This document shows, piece by piece, positions 42,754 to 57,259 of a stretch of DNA of 64,000 bases. Within the stretch, counting starts at the first letter, position 1. The number at the start of each line of letters is the position of its first letter. A model generated the notes under the pieces. It saw nothing but the letters and a program-made list of their open reading frames with translations. It made no database searches and was not told the DNA's origin. This DNA comes from Octopus sinensis (lineage: Eukaryota), in NCBI RefSeq assembly GCF_006345805.1, contig NC_043011.1, positions 67,158,464 through 67,222,463 of the forward strand, written 5' to 3'. A program made the translations under genes and the position numbers.

Positions 42754-42950
42754 GGAAGCTTTTCGAAAATAAACAAAAGACGAAGGCTGGTGGAGTACAA
42801 ACAAACAAATGCATTAGTATAGCGCTCAGGAATAGAAATAGAAAAAGTATTTTACGTTTCGAGCCTACGCTCTTCGACAGAAAGATACACAGAAAAAAAC
42901 AAGGAGAGAAAAAAATGCGTGTAGGAGCTAACGATCTATCATGGCCGTAT
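42750..42950 (-). mobile_element. PLE pLTR fragment (family D) with a hammerhead-like motif at 42847-42888
   Basis: Reverse complement ttt-CTGTCGA-a-gagc(gtag)gctc-GAAA-cg-TA-aaa; related fragments at ~11235-11340 and ~11850-11914; flanked by (TA)n. Confidence 0.6.
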
Positions 42951-43008
42951 ATGCATATATATATATATAATATATATATATATATATTATATATATATAT
43001 ATTATATG

Positions 43009-43482
<474 letters not shown>

Positions 43483-44689
43483 CATGCATACATATATATA
43501 TACATATATATGCATGTATGTATATATATTCATATATAGATATAAACACACAAACACACACATATATATAGATATATATAGAGAGAGAGAGACAGAGAGA
43601 GATGGAGAGAGATGGAGAGAGAATTACATATGTTTGTGCATAAACAAAGGCTAAACAAACAGCAGAATAAACTAACACGACCACAGGTAGTTTACAACAA
43701 AATAAATTTTATAATCAATATTCGCGACACTGTAAGTCTTTACTTTTGTTACGACTTCTTATAAAACATCTACATCAGAGTTTATAGAACTGTGTAATAT
43801 TCGGTAAATGATGCTTTTATAAAACAATCAATGACTAAACACGCCATTGAAGTTATATTCACTTTTATATTATCGTACAGAGTATTGTCTAGCGCAAAAC
43901 GTTAGACTGACGCCGTGTTGGCTCCAGGATATCAATGAATGATATATGCAAATTGATATTGTATAATAACATGATAATAATCACAATGCAGCTTTAAAAT
44001 CAGAAGGTTTTTTAAGAGAAATGCCTGTGGTAAATTATAAAACAAAAGAATTGATTACGAGGATTTTCATTGTACGTGTATGTATGTATATGTATAGACA
44101 GGATATTCGGGTTAAATCTGACTGTTTTTCGTGTTTCCATTTTTCAGAAACAGCTTAATGTGTTGGTGCAATCAACCTCGTTGGCCAACGTAAAAGATTA
44201 TGGTTGTTGTTGAAAAAAGAGATAGCTGATATGGATCATTTCAAGTCAGCTAAATATTGGTTTCAGGTTCCGGCATAAAGTCAGCAAATTTGGGAGGGAC
44301 TAAGATGATTACATCTGTTCAGGGGCTCAATTCGTATTTATCTCATCGACTCTGAAAAGATAAAAAGCAAGGCCGTCCTCGGCGAATATTGAACTCAAAA
44401 TGTAGAGACGCACAAAATGCCGCTAAACATTCTGTCAGTTCGCCGCCCTAAGCCTTCTGAATGCTGGAAAAGAGTTACTTGTATCCTGAGTCAAGCTGGG
44501 CATCAACACGAAGACGTCATGACCCTTGCTCAATGACCTATAAACGCAGCAGAGGTTGTAAAATGTAGCATAAACAGAGGCGTCGGAGACCACGAAGCCA
44601 TGGCCAGTAGAAAGGGGCAATAAAGTGGGTGTCAGTACCTCCTGCATGCTGGAATTCATTCACACAAGTTCCATCAATGCCTTATGTTC

Positions 44690-45020
44690 GATTCAGGCAG
44701 CTGTGGAGCATCAGAAGACTACCGTCAATTCGTGGACGGAGAATATTTTTGTTGGAAAGCCACTTTGTGTGGCAACAGGATTGGGATTTTTGCTATGCTT
44801 TTGGAGATGGTCAGAAGTTGTTTTCAGAGAATTTCTACGAGTTCACCTAGTCCCAATTTCTGGCATACTAATTCCCCCGGTGATAATCACATGGATAACT
44901 ATGTGTGGAACACGGTTGAACTAAACAACAAACGTTCTGCTTGCAACATAAATACCAAGTTGATGGTCAAGACCAAAGAGTCATTCCCAGTGAGAAATGC
45001 ATCCTGTTTGCAAATATACA
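44690..45020 (+). pseudogene. Degenerate Tc1/mariner-superfamily transposase fragment
   Basis: VWQQD...LFSENF...PNFWHTNSPGDNHMDNYVW resembles the QQDxAPxH...WPPNSPDLNPLDYxVW catalytic segment. Confidence 0.6.
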
Positions 45021-45024
45021 GAGA

Positions 45025-46430
45025 ACCCACCCTCTTTGCAATACACTTTGCTGTTGTGTCGTCATTTTTTTTTAAAGCTCTGAGGAGGGTATTTACATAA
45101 AATATCGAACAACATGGAATGTTTTTAATCTGACCGGACTGAAATTCACAGGTTTTTACTTCACTCATTGGGGAACTTGTATACGCTGACGATTGCGATC
45201 TTGTCAGTCATTCCGAAACATGTTTGCAATCTCTTGTATCTTAAATCGAATGAGCTTGGGATGATTTGGCTTGACCATCATCTTGAAGAAAACTGTTTTA
45301 ATGCATCAACCTGTGTGTGGTGCTGTTTGTAACACTGCTAAAATTTTTGTTAAGGGTAAGTTACATGAGGCTGCCGATTCGTTCATCTACCTTGCAAACT
45401 CTGTAGAAAATGATGGAAATATTGATACAGCGATACATCTGCGAGTTCAAAGAGTAACAAAAACATTTAGTGGCTTGAGGTCACGCGTTTGGCGCCAGCG
45501 ACATATAAATAAGAATGCAAAGCTGGTTCTTCACAAATCATTTGTCTTACCATCCTTGTTATATTCTTGTGAAACTTGGACTTGTTATGAAAGGCATTTT
45601 AAATTGTTAGAACAATTCCACCACAAATGCATTCATCGCACTTTAAAAATTCAATGGAGTACTTTTACTCCAGACACAGATGTCCTTGCATCTGTAGGCA
45701 TCACCTCAATCAAAGCTATGATTTTGAGGAACCAAATGAGGTGATGTGGCCATATTGTGCGAATCGAGGGTGAACGCATACCGAAACAGCTGTTTTATGG
45801 TGCGTTTGCAGAGGGAAAATGCTATAGGCGTAAACGTAGCAAAAAAAAAGTAAAAGTTTTGAGGATGGGTTAAGGATTACTATGAAGTCACTTGGAATGA
45901 ATCCAGAAGACATAGAAACCCTTCCTTTGGATCGAGCTGGATGGCGAACAAAAGTATGGAGTAGAGTGAAAGCGTTTGAAGAGGCCAGGATAACGCATGT
46001 AAAACTGAAAAGAGACCTAAGGAAGAATGTTACGATCCAGAAGGAGAATGACAATGACATTTTTTGTGTGCACAGTTTCTGACAGACCATGACGTCCTTT
46101 TGCTGGGCTCAAATCTCATTTGCGATTCCAGGACAAACGAACTTCCACCAACTATTCTGCCTATATGTCTGTGCACACCTTTGAATGCAGTGTATGCCAG
46201 AATGTTTGCAAATCTAACAGAAGCCTCAAAAGACATTTCAAAATCCACATTGATCAGAGTTTAACTACAGCTCTTGGTGGTCCAACTTGGATAGGAAATC
46301 TAATTGGGTGTCTTTTCAAAACATTGCCTGATTTAAAAAGCCACATCAGATACCATCATGGTTCTGAGGTGTACGTTCAGGAGGTATGTATGTGTATGTG
46401 TGATAGCGTTTACGGCTTGGATTAAGATTG
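45025..46430 (+). mobile_element. 5'-truncated, decayed RTE-clade LINE (RT C-half plus C-terminal C2H2 fingers)
   Basis: PTLF, LVYADD, FIYL, VLPSLLYSCETW, GHIVRI..RIPKQLFYG, DRAGWR, CSVC...LKRHFKIH. Confidence 0.85.
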
Positions 46431-47331
46431 ATCAAAAGCCCTGTCGTAGTAAACTGTACAGGTGGGTAAGATGTAATGTTGTTTTCTCCATATGTTGATT
46501 GGGAAGTTTTATTATTCAGTGTACTTTGAAGGATAGAAACAAAGGAACAAATAAAGTAAAATGCTTATAAGAATCATGTCCATATGATTACATCGAAATC
46601 TATTCAATACTTTATGCTTATGACTTAAACTGTTCGTTTCAATCCTGGATATTCTCCAAAATAAATCGGTATCTTTCGATGGAGAGACCTCTAAGAAATT
46701 TACAGATTGTCTCTTTGCGTCTGTGTTCCAGCGAATTTCTTGTAACTACTCTAACCTAATGATTCTGTGTTTCGAGTACATATCTCAGCGATGATTGTAC
46801 TTTGAATTCCGAGTTGTACAATATTACAAGTTACTTAATACAACGTTCTAAAGGCCGTGCCACTTCCACAGTTTATATATATTCCATAGAAAGAGCTGAA
46901 ATGTTCCTAGATTTAACGGTATCACAAAACGCCTGGTTGGAGACCAAACCATCCGAGTTCATCTACACGGTTAAAAAAAAAGCTGAAGGACCGCCCCAAT
47001 AAGTGGGAATCGGAGTAGAGAATAAGCTGAATAAAATCATAATTAGCTTATCTTTTTGTATTTTATTTCTCTCAAAGCCAGGAATTTTCAGCACCCCCTT
47101 GGATACTCCACGAAAAGGAGTCACTCGTCTTCTTAGAAATTGTTGCCAAATAAACCCAGACTACACATGACTGTTTGAAATAAACATCGATATATCGGGA
47201 AATTTAGGTCTAGGTGGTGATCACTGATGGAGCGCCTTACTTTATAGCTCAGCTTGCTCACGGCTGAACATAACAAAAATAACAACAAATACGTAAAGCT
47301 AAACATTTTTTTTTCCGTTTTGGAAGTGTAA

Positions 47332-47493
47332 GGCACAGGAGTGGCTTTGTGGTAAGTAGTTTGCTTACCAACCACATGAGTCCGGGTTCAGTCCCACTGC
47401 GTGGCACCTTGAGCAAGTGTCTTCTACTATAGCCTCGGGCCGACCAAAGCCTTGTGAGTGGATTTGGTAGATAGAAACTCAAAGAAGCCCGTC

Positions 47494-47565
<72 letters not shown>

Positions 47566-47782
47566 ATGTTTGTGTGTCTGTGTTTATCCCCCCAACCTCG
47601 CTTGACAATCGATGCCGGTGTATTTACGTCCCCGTAACTTAGCGGTTAGGCAAAAGAGACCGATAGAATAAGTACTAGGCTTACAAAGAATAAGTCCTGT
47701 GGTCGATTTGCTCGGCTAAAGGTGGTGCTGCAGCATGGCCACAGTGAAATGACTGAAACAAGTAAAAGAGAGTAAAAGAGAG
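47332..47782 (+). mobile_element. Full-length tRNA-derived SINE (S1) with an internal (TA)/(TG) tract
   Basis: A-box-like tggctttgtggt and B-box-like gggttcagtccc; tail gaaatgactgaaacaagtaaaagag. Confidence 0.9.
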
Positions 47783-48514
47783 ACCTCGTAAGCTTATGGA
47801 CATCCACCACTTACAGATAAGAAACACTTGCAAAATATTTGAGATATTTGTGAATAATCATTGTTTTAGCAATTGTTGTTGTCAATGTCGTTATTATTTC
47901 AGCTTTTATATAGCACCATATGAACGCTAATTGAACGGATCAATTATAAAATCCTCTCTACCCATAAATAATATGTTGTTTTCGCGAGCGTTGGGTGTAT
48001 TGGTGTATGGTGTGCCTAGTATGTCTTGATTTCAATGTGTTATGGCCGTTTTTTTTTCTCTTGCAGGGTATGTGATTACGTAAAGATACACACGTTAGAG
48101 TATCGATTTTTTATATGAGTGTTTACATCATTTACACATTTTACGGTTCCCACTTTGGGAATGAAACAATTACACTCTTCATATACGCTTCTAATAGATA
48201 TAAGAACACCATAAATACACCGTAACCTCGTTCGCAATCTACAAAAGAATTCATTTGGGAATTATTCTTTGAATTTCATATGGCTCAATCAGTATTAATT
48301 CGTGTTCCAATCAGGGCGAAATTGTGTGGGTTACGTAAAATTAGATGACCGTGTAGATGGCAAAAACATTAATTACATGTTGCCGAGATTTATCAAGAAA
48401 ACCACATCAAGCCTAATTAGTGCAACGTAATTGATAGCGATTCACTGCTCGGTAGAATTTTTATTATAATCATCATCATCATCATTATTATTATTATTAA
48501 TATTATTATTATTT

Positions 48515-50035
48515 TTTTTTTTTTTTTCTTCTTTCAAATTTGCTTCCATTTCTTGCCGAGCGTCTTCCCGACTCCTAGGGCAAAGAAACTCATAGTATAC
48601 ATTGGTAGGCCATTAAACCAAACTCAATAGTTCGTTCTTTTTTTTTAAGTTAAATTAAAATACATGAGCAGCAACAGTTCTCACATCGACAATGCTCTTC
48701 TCAATACGTGTGATGTACCAGTTAAGACAATCTTTTGCACTTCTTGCAGGGATGGTAAGCCAGGGATCATTCTCATATAATTTTCGGTTCCCTTCTTGAT
48801 CATTCCTAGTGCTCCTACGATCACTGGTATTGTAACCGCCTTGAGATGCCACATTTTCTCAATTTCAATGAGCAGGTCTTTATATTTTCTGAGCTTGTCA
48901 AACTCTTTCGCCGAGAAATTATGATCACAGGGGATGCTCATGTCGATCAATAAGCAAACTTTATTGTTTTTGTCTTTCACAACAATATCTGGTTTATTGG
49001 CTTTGATGGTTCGGTCTGTATGTACTGGAAAGTCCCACAGAATCCTTACATTTTCTCCTTCAGTTACAGCTTCAGGGTGGTGATTATACCACTTGTCGGC
49101 AGTTTTGATATTGTAATGCCGACTTATTAGCCAGTGTAGATATTGGCCAACTCTGTCATGTCTTAATTTAAACTCCACTGGTGCTAAGACTTTACATCCA
49201 GAGATTAGGTGGTCCACTGTTTTCGTCATGTCATTGCAGAATCGGCATTTTGGGTCTGCTCCATTTTTCATTACATTGGCCGGGTAGTTCCGGGTTAATA
49301 GGCTTTGATCTTGAGCAGCCAGGATGAAACCTTCGCTCTCTGCTTTTAGCCCTGAGCTCCGTATCCACTGATGGGTTTGCTTCTGGTCAACATCAGCTTG
49401 TTTGCTACGGGCCACATATTTGCCATGCAAAGTTTTCTCCTCCCGCCTATTAGCCAATTGCTCGTGCGCTTTTTTCGTTGCCATTATTTTCACCTTCTTT
49501 GCAACAATAGTTGCCGTACTTCCGTCGGGTTGTTCAGTTTGGGTATCCTGCACATATCAATAGCAAATGTTTTGCTTTCCTTTATGATAGAATGAAGCTT
49601 CTTTCGTCTCTCGTGATTTCCACGAGCTTTAGCATCCAGTCATTCGTTATTTCAAGATATTTGGCCAGTCCAAATGTGGTTGTTTTGTAAGCTAGTTCAA
49701 ATTGGATCAGGCCTCGACCTCCTTGGGCTCTGGGAAGGTAAAGGTGATCTACGTCTGCCTTTGGGTGGTGCATCCTATTACAACTCAGCAGCTTGCGTAT
49801 TTTCCTGTCTATATTCTTTACTTCACTGATATTCCAGTTCAACACATTGTAGCTATAAGTAACAACTGGAACTGCTAAGGAATTTATAGCTAACACCTTG
49901 TTACGTGCATTTAGTTCAGATTTCAGGACTGCACTAACTCTCCTATAACATTCCTTCCTAATCTTCTCTTTCATGCTTGCATGCTGAATACCAGAACCTT
50001 CATTTATCCCTAAATATTTGTATGTGTGTTCTTGC

Positions 50036-50037
<2 letters not shown>
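48515..50037 (-). mobile_element. 5'-truncated R4/Dong-type non-LTR retrotransposon inserted in (TAA)n
   Basis: YKYLG thumb, LYLPRAQGGRGL, AAQDQ, CRFC..HLISGC, RHD, ILWDF..KPD..LID..KYKDL restriction-like endonuclease; (ATT)n on both flanks. Confidence 0.88.
48681..49553 (-). pseudogene. CCHC plus PD-(D/E)xK RLE domain of an R4-clade ORF (frameshifted from the RT thumb at 49582-50035)
   Basis: Motifs present in the 290-aa track ORF. Confidence 0.88.
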
Positions 50038-50225
<188 letters not shown>

Positions 50226-50998
50226 TGGTTCTTTATTTGTCCGAAATTGTTTTCGTGAACCGATTTGGTTTTATTTCAATTAATAACAGCTGAAAACTGA
50301 CGTCATAACCTTGACACAACAAGCCGTGATGAACAACGGCGCTACGATTACCTTCAGGGGTAGTTAGCAGTGTGCATATTCTCGCTCATCGTTATTAAGA
50401 ACCCAGAGCAGCATAAATCGATAGAACGTCCACCTATCGTGAAATGATTGTCGATTTCTACTCCTTAGTTAGTTACGCTTCATGTTAAGAGCAATTATAA
50501 TTAAAAGGAATATTACCAAAGTAAACAGCAAACAGCCTAAGGAAGTAATTACCTTGTGAAATGAAATTTGTGAATAGAAACAGTTCAAACGTTTCTGAAT
50601 CTATTTCACGTGCATAAGGACCATATGAAATTTACAATAGAGAATTGTCTGTAATCAGAGATATTATTTATAAGTAACTTTAGAAAACCATAAAAATTTA
50701 CTTATAAAGTATGAATCTAGGAAAAGTTTGATAAAAAGGTTGTAGCGTGATGTTAGTAAATATGTAGACCAACTGCACTCATCTTTTGTTTATATTGGTT
50801 CCAAATTTTGGCACAAGGACAGCAATTTCCTGGAAGCGGAGTAATGTGGGTAGTGACATAAAACTCCCTTATTCGCCAAATACCACACATCTCAATCATA
50901 ACAGCGTAGCAAAACAGAGGTGCCCCCACTATGGCCACAGCTTTGAGCTGAAACTGATAAAACAATATACACGTAAACATATATACATACATATATAA

Positions 50999-51085
<87 letters not shown>

Positions 51086-51088
<3 letters not shown>

Positions 51089-52640
51089 TGCGTCCCACAT
51101 TATTAGGCAAATCATCCTTCTCTTAATAAATAAATGTATATTCGTTCAAAACCAGTTGTTTTCCTACTGATTCTTGGCAGCACCTATCTGCGCAAATTCT
51201 GTTTAGATAAATCGTATGTGCTCAAACGCCAATATATGGCGCCCATTTTTGTGATTGGGCAACATTTTCACTGTCACACATTATTAGGCAAGTATAATAA
51301 AAACTATGATTGAGTCAGAACAAACATCTATTTAATGCAAAAGTAAAACTTTCACAAAAATATTATTCATAAAGGACATAATGGTGAACATAATAAAACG
51401 TTCGAATGAAAATAAACATGGGATTATGACGTCATAAACTCCTAATGTTTGATGTATGATTCTCCACATGCAATAACCTTCGTTACGTGCCCATCCATTG
51501 CATTTGTCAAGGTGGTGATACCTTCCTGTGTCACGTTTTGAGCAGCATCTACAATTTACTTGAAAACTGCCGACCTTCTTGGTAAACGCACATCTTCAGG
51601 GCACACAGGTTCTCGGTCGGGTTTAAATCAGGGAAACAAGGTGGCCACTCCGTCAAAAGACTTCTAGAGAAACCCATTTGCTGCAGGTATGCCTTAGAAT
51701 TCTTCGCTGCATGAGACAGGGCATTTTCTTGCATGAAGATTAACTTTCTCTTGAATGGAAGCGTTTACTTTTTGAACAACAGTTGGAAATTGCCCTATAA
51801 GAAGATAATATATGTTTACGATGTCATCTTAATGCCATCTGGGACTTTCCATAGCCTGACCATTATACCACCAATGATGCCAGCCTAAAACATGACCTTA
51901 TCTTGCCACTGTTAGCGTCGCAAACGATGAGAACGGTTTCCGCTGATTGATACGCAAACTTTACTCCAGCCTTCTGGTCCAACAAGGGTAGCACGGTATT
52001 CGTCAGTGAACATAATTGTTGAAAAATCAATCTTAATATATTCTTCTTCCCATTTCAGTCTCTTCTGTTTATGAACGGCCTTCAGAGGGGACATTGTAAC
52101 AGGTTTCACATTCCTGGCTACTCGCTTCAAGAGGCGACACCTGGTAATTTTCTCTATGTCTTCCCTGCCTCAATGTTTGAAGACTTTTCTACTGGTCAGA
52201 TGTGGGTTCCGCACAATTTCCCTTTACACACGAGAGAGAGTACAATTCAAAGCAACCCTCGACATATCTCTATCTGCCTTCGCCCGAAAAGAAATAGGAG
52301 ACGGCACAAATTTCTTCACTGTCCGGTTTCTCTTCACAGTATTTTTGATGTTGCTATGGTTGTTTTTCCATTTTCCAAGCTCTGACACAGCGGTACGCTT
52401 CTAATTCAATGTAAGACTACATTTCTGACCCATAATGACACTCAAATCGGGCACCTGACTAATAATTTGCGACAGCGGCAATGTTGCTGCTACACAATTA
52501 TGGCCACCGTTAGTTTTTGTCAGCGCAGATCCGATTTATTGTAGGCGTTGCGAGCAGAGAGTGAGGAAAACAACTGGTTTTGAATGGATACACATTTATT
52601 TATTGAGAGAAGGTTGATTTGCCTAATAATGTGGGACGCA

Positions 52641-52643
<3 letters not shown>
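51086..52643 (-). mobile_element. Tc1-like transposon, full-length but decayed, IR-DR-type ends
   Basis: TIRs (c/t)actgcgtcccacattattaggcaaatca.. pairing imperfectly over ~85 bp; inner repeat acattattaggcaa at ~51278; fragments IMFTDE, FMQENA, WPPCFPDLNPTENL; inserted in (TA)n. Confidence 0.9.
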
Positions 52644-52704
<61 letters not shown>

Positions 52705-52718
52705 ACATACATGTATAA

Positions 52719-52787
<69 letters not shown>

Positions 52788-53403
52788 CAGATATTCGAAC
52801 TCTTCGAATATACTTCTGTGTATGCATGTGTATGTATGTATGTATGTATGTATGTATGTATGTATGTATGTATGTATGTATGTGCGTGTGTGTTTAAAAT
52901 GTTACACGTGATTTATATAATCTTCAGGCTGCACACAGCAGATAATTTACCTCACGAATCGTGAAATTAAGAAAGTAAAATCGAAAATATATTTTGAAAA
53001 ATATCAAAAAAGTAAATTTAAGACACAAATAGACAGTAATTTCTTTAATGAAATTAGAATACAATTTAGTTTCGATATAATACTTAATTTAACCCGCCTT
53101 CCATTATCCTCGGTTGCTAATAATTGAAGATTTCTAATCATTTAATATAATTCTCTACTTTTGTTATTTGTCAATTTTTGTCTCGCTTTATTTTGCTCTT
53201 TGTTACAAAACAGATCCATTTCAAAAATGAAACGAACAAGCCATTTTGAAGGTAATTTAATATTGCTTTATTATTGCGCACAACAGATCGACGATTTATT
53301 TCTCATTAGATAGGCTGCCATTAAGTTTTAGAATGACAAAACAATAATTTAGATATCAATATATCATTTTCTCTTTTCACTTTTCAGAAGTTAAAATAAA
53401 ACG

Positions 53404-53511
<108 letters not shown>

Positions 53512-53736
53512 GTGTGTGTGTGTGTATGTATATATCGACATAGTGAGAGTATGTGGGAGAAAGTGAAAGAGTAAGAGTGTGGGAAGGAAAGAGATAGATA
53601 CATAGATAGATACACATATGAATATACATATATACAGGTATTACATATCTACACACATACATATATATGCGTATATACACACACATACACACACAAACAC
53701 AAACGCACACACACAAACACACACACACACACACAC

Positions 53737-53811
<75 letters not shown>

Positions 53812-55624
53812 TGTTTTAATTATTTTCGTTCACTTTACACTAATCTTCAGAAGATAACAGAGGTGTCTTACATTTTCAATAAGATCAGGATTGATCAATT
53901 TCTTTCTGTGGAAGGTAGAAACGACATAAATGAAATCTTTCTCAAATACGTCACCTCACGTAAATTATGCCCATATCTATTGTAACCCCTCTTTCCGAAG
54001 ATAATCTATCTTTGGGAAATCTGAATCCATAGTGTTAATCTCTCCCCCACCAAAAAACTATCGATTCCAATTCGCCACTGCTGTTGTGCTGTGCCTGTGA
54101 TAAAAGATTATAGTTTGGATCAAAAATCAAAATTTTCGAAGCCGTGTGTACGACCTTTGAGTTCCAAGTCTGGTTCGATAATGATGTATGATTTTCCAGG
54201 AATGGTGACTGTTTGGGCTGTCTATTGTATGATGGAAAATTGTTAATGAGTGCTCTTTCAACTCTGTGTAGCACAAGGTAGTATCTTGAGAGGGGAAATG
54301 TTTCACAGTGTCCATTACTGCTTTTTTGTTATTTGAAACAAAATCAGTGCTGATCGTTCAGGTTTTGTCTGTAAAAGCGTTCCAGTTTTGGTCGTACCAT
54401 ATTTCCTGCAATTGGTGTATTATTTAGGATAAGAACATAGAAAATCATCTCACCTTTTGAACTGAAGACTGAATATTTTCTAAACACCAACATAATTATG
54501 TTCCCCAGTTTTATTTTTGGTTTTTTTTTTATAAAGTCAGTGCAAAGGAACATCTCACAATGGATATATGCCCTGCCTAAGTATTAGCGACAATACTGAT
54601 CTTTTGCAGTCATACTAAAAGCTGGAATGACTGACATAGTATTGTTGACATTCAGAATTGCTTCAAACAAGAATCATTGCCGACAGTTCTTGTTACACCT
54701 AGTTCAGAAATAATTCCTTATCGAGCCACCTTCATCTTATAAACACACCAATCCACCACGGACACCTGTAAGACACCACACCAAAATCCGAACACACTGA
54801 TAATCCAAATGTTACGTGACTGATTTCTAATATCTCATGAGAAACGATACGACAGAGCGTCGTCGATTCAGGGTGTGTGCATTAGTTCCAATCTGTGCCT
54901 TACTGAGAATCTCTAAATATTTTGCACTCTATTTCAATCATGAACAACGAACTCCGAAATCATCTCAATAATCCGGCACATGACAGGGGCTGTTTTTGTT
55001 GACTTTAGATTGTCGAAAATCTTTCGCCATTATGGATAATGAGGAGAGCTCCAAACATTCAAAATAATGTCAATACCATATTGGTATTTATCTTAAGCTA
55101 ACAAATAAATTGCATGAAACGTCAGGTGTGACCAAAATAATCATTTCGTCCCTAAATAAATTTGTTTTAATAAGTGTACAACAAAGGAGACTTTGGAGCA
55201 CATTTATCGATTAAAAAGTGAATAAACAAAAGTAATCGATACATACGTGTGTGTGTGTACATGTGCGTGTGACCGTTTAAGCGAAGTTGGTGTGTTCACA
55301 GTGCCAAACTCTGATAATACCCCCGACCATTCTCTTTTACTTCTCGTCTTGACTGCTACTCATAATTGTAATTCAGTTCTGGTCGCAGATTTATTGAAAT
55401 TACAACATCCTTACGATACATACATGTATATATATATAAATATATATATATATAACAAAAGGGACATTAGCCATTTGAATGTGGCTAGGGACAGGGCAGG
55501 GCGGTGGGGGTGTTACTGATGCATTTAGCCCCAGGCGATCATCAACGTCACCAGATAGGCTTGACACCATCACGGTGTCCTCTATCCTGCAAAGGGAGAT
55601 CATTCCCCGAAGAAGCGGATGCCA

Positions 55625-55669
55625 CATACGGACCCAGGTTTCAAGGTGTTTGCCTCTCGTCAACTTATG
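55625..55669 (-). ncRNA. Type I hammerhead, C3U core variant
   Basis: Reverse complement cataag-TTGACGA-gagg(caaaca)cctt-GAAA-cctggg-TC-cgtatg. Confidence 0.7.
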
Positions 55670-55982
55670 GTAGGCACCGCCCCTCGACGAACGACTCTCT
55701 GTGCAGGATATTTATATATAGATTTTCACGTAAATACATTTACTGATTTCGAAAATCTGTTCGACAGCAATAATAATTCTCTAAACGAGATATAGACAGT
55801 AACTGCTCCATAACAAAAGGGACATTAGCCATTTGAATGTAGCTAGGGACAGGGCAGGGCGGTGGGGGTGTTACTGATGCATTTAGCCCCAGGCGATCAT
55901 CAACGTCACCAGATAGGCTTGACACCATCACGGTGTCCTCTATCCTGCAAAGGGAGATCATTCCCCGAAGAGGTGGATGCCA

Positions 55983-56027
55983 CATACGGACCCAGGTTTC
56001 AAGGTGTTTGCCTCTCGTCAACGTATG
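55983..56027 (-). ncRNA. Type I hammerhead, C3U core variant
   Basis: Reverse complement catacg-TTGACGA-gagg(caaaca)cctt-GAAA-cctggg-TC-cgtatg; perfect 6-bp stem I. Confidence 0.75.
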
Positions 56028-56505
56028 GTAGGCACCGCCCCTCGACGAACGACTCTCTGTGCAGGATATTTATATATAGATTTTCACGTAAATACATTTA
56101 CTGATTTCGAAAATCTGTTCGACAGCAATAATAATTCTCTAAACGAGATATAGACAGTAACTGCTCCATAACAAAAGGGACATTAGCCATTTGAATATGG
56201 CTAGGGACAGGGCAGGGCGGTGGAATGATCTCCCTTTGCAGGATAGAGGACACCGAGATGGTGTCAAGCCTATCTGGTGACGTTGATGATCGCCTGGGGC
56301 TAAATGCATCAATAACATTGCCCTGTCCCTAGCCACATTCAAATGGCTAATGTCCCTTTTGTTATGGAGCAGTTACTGTCTATATCTCGTTTAGAGAATT
56401 ATTATTGCTGTCGAACAGATTTTCGAAATCAGTAAATGTATTTACGTGAAAATCTATATATAAATATCCTGCACAGAGAGTCGTTCGTCGAGGGGCGGTG
56501 TCTAC

Positions 56506-56550
56506 CATACGTTGACGAGAGGCAAACACCTTGAAATCTGGGTCCGTATG
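56506..56550 (+). ncRNA. Type I hammerhead, C3U core variant
   Basis: catacg-TTGACGA-gaggcaaacacctt-GAAA-tctggg-TC-cgtatg. Confidence 0.72.
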
Positions 56551-56765
56551 TGGCATCCGCTTCTTCGGGGAATGATCTCCCTTTGCAGGATAGAGGACAC
56601 CGTGATGGTGTCAAGCCTATCTGGTGACGTTGATGATCGCTTGGGGCTAAATGCATCAGTAACACCCCCACCGCCCTGCCCTGTCCCTAGCCACATTCAA
56701 ATGGCTAATGGCCCTTTTGTTATGGAGCAGTTACTGTCTATATCTCGTTTAGAGAATTATTATTG

Positions 56766-56823
<58 letters not shown>

Positions 56824-57021
56824 ATTACATGTACAGAGAGAGAGAGGTGGGGGTGTTCTTCAACAGTCACGAGAATATGGAGCAAATGTGCAGGCACAAC
56901 TCTGACTACTTGCGATACAGAATACTGTTGGTAGTGTTGGTGTAGTGGATCTTTTGCGAGGCTATTCACTGTTTCCTTGTTCACCCAATATGACTGAGTA
57001 ACATCGACAACTTCCTTTCTA

Positions 57022-57088
57022 GCCAGTCGCCTGTTTTGACGCCAGTCGCCTGTTTTGACGCCAGTCGCCTGTTTTGACGCCAGTCGCT
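57022..57088. repeat. 3.5 copies of a 19-bp minisatellite
   Basis: Repeated gccagtcgcctgttttgac. Confidence 0.9.
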
Positions 57089-57259
57089 TTCTTCTTTCAT
57101 GCAGTCACAATCGAGCCGCCCGCTTCATTATGATGCCGTTTGATGGCGTATATATTTTTAACAGAGTGTGAGACGTCCACCTCAACAGTGTAGAACACAT
57201 CATTGTAGATTGTAGCCTCCCCCATCCAGTGGCATGGGATTCACTTAGGGCAGCTTCAA

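Larger units (their letters stand above)
55452..56766. mobile_element. Retrozyme-like array: 358-bp units, ~2.15 in one orientation then ~1.5 inverted, in (TA)n
   Basis: ataacaaaagggac at 55452, 55810 and 56168; orientation flips at ~56223; one HHR per full unit. Confidence 0.85.

Noticed and set aside
47332-47410. tRNA gene
   Set aside because: It is the tRNA-derived head of a multi-copy SINE and has no complete cloverleaf.
54035-54700. Possible host exons or transposase
   Set aside because: Short ORFs with no recognisable motif or consistent splice structure.
55452-56766. Twister or HDV-like ribozyme near tagcca..tggctaa, and the 80-aa ORF in the unit
   Set aside because: The required pseudoknot pairings were not found, and the ORF is not conserved in the 43009-43378 homologue.
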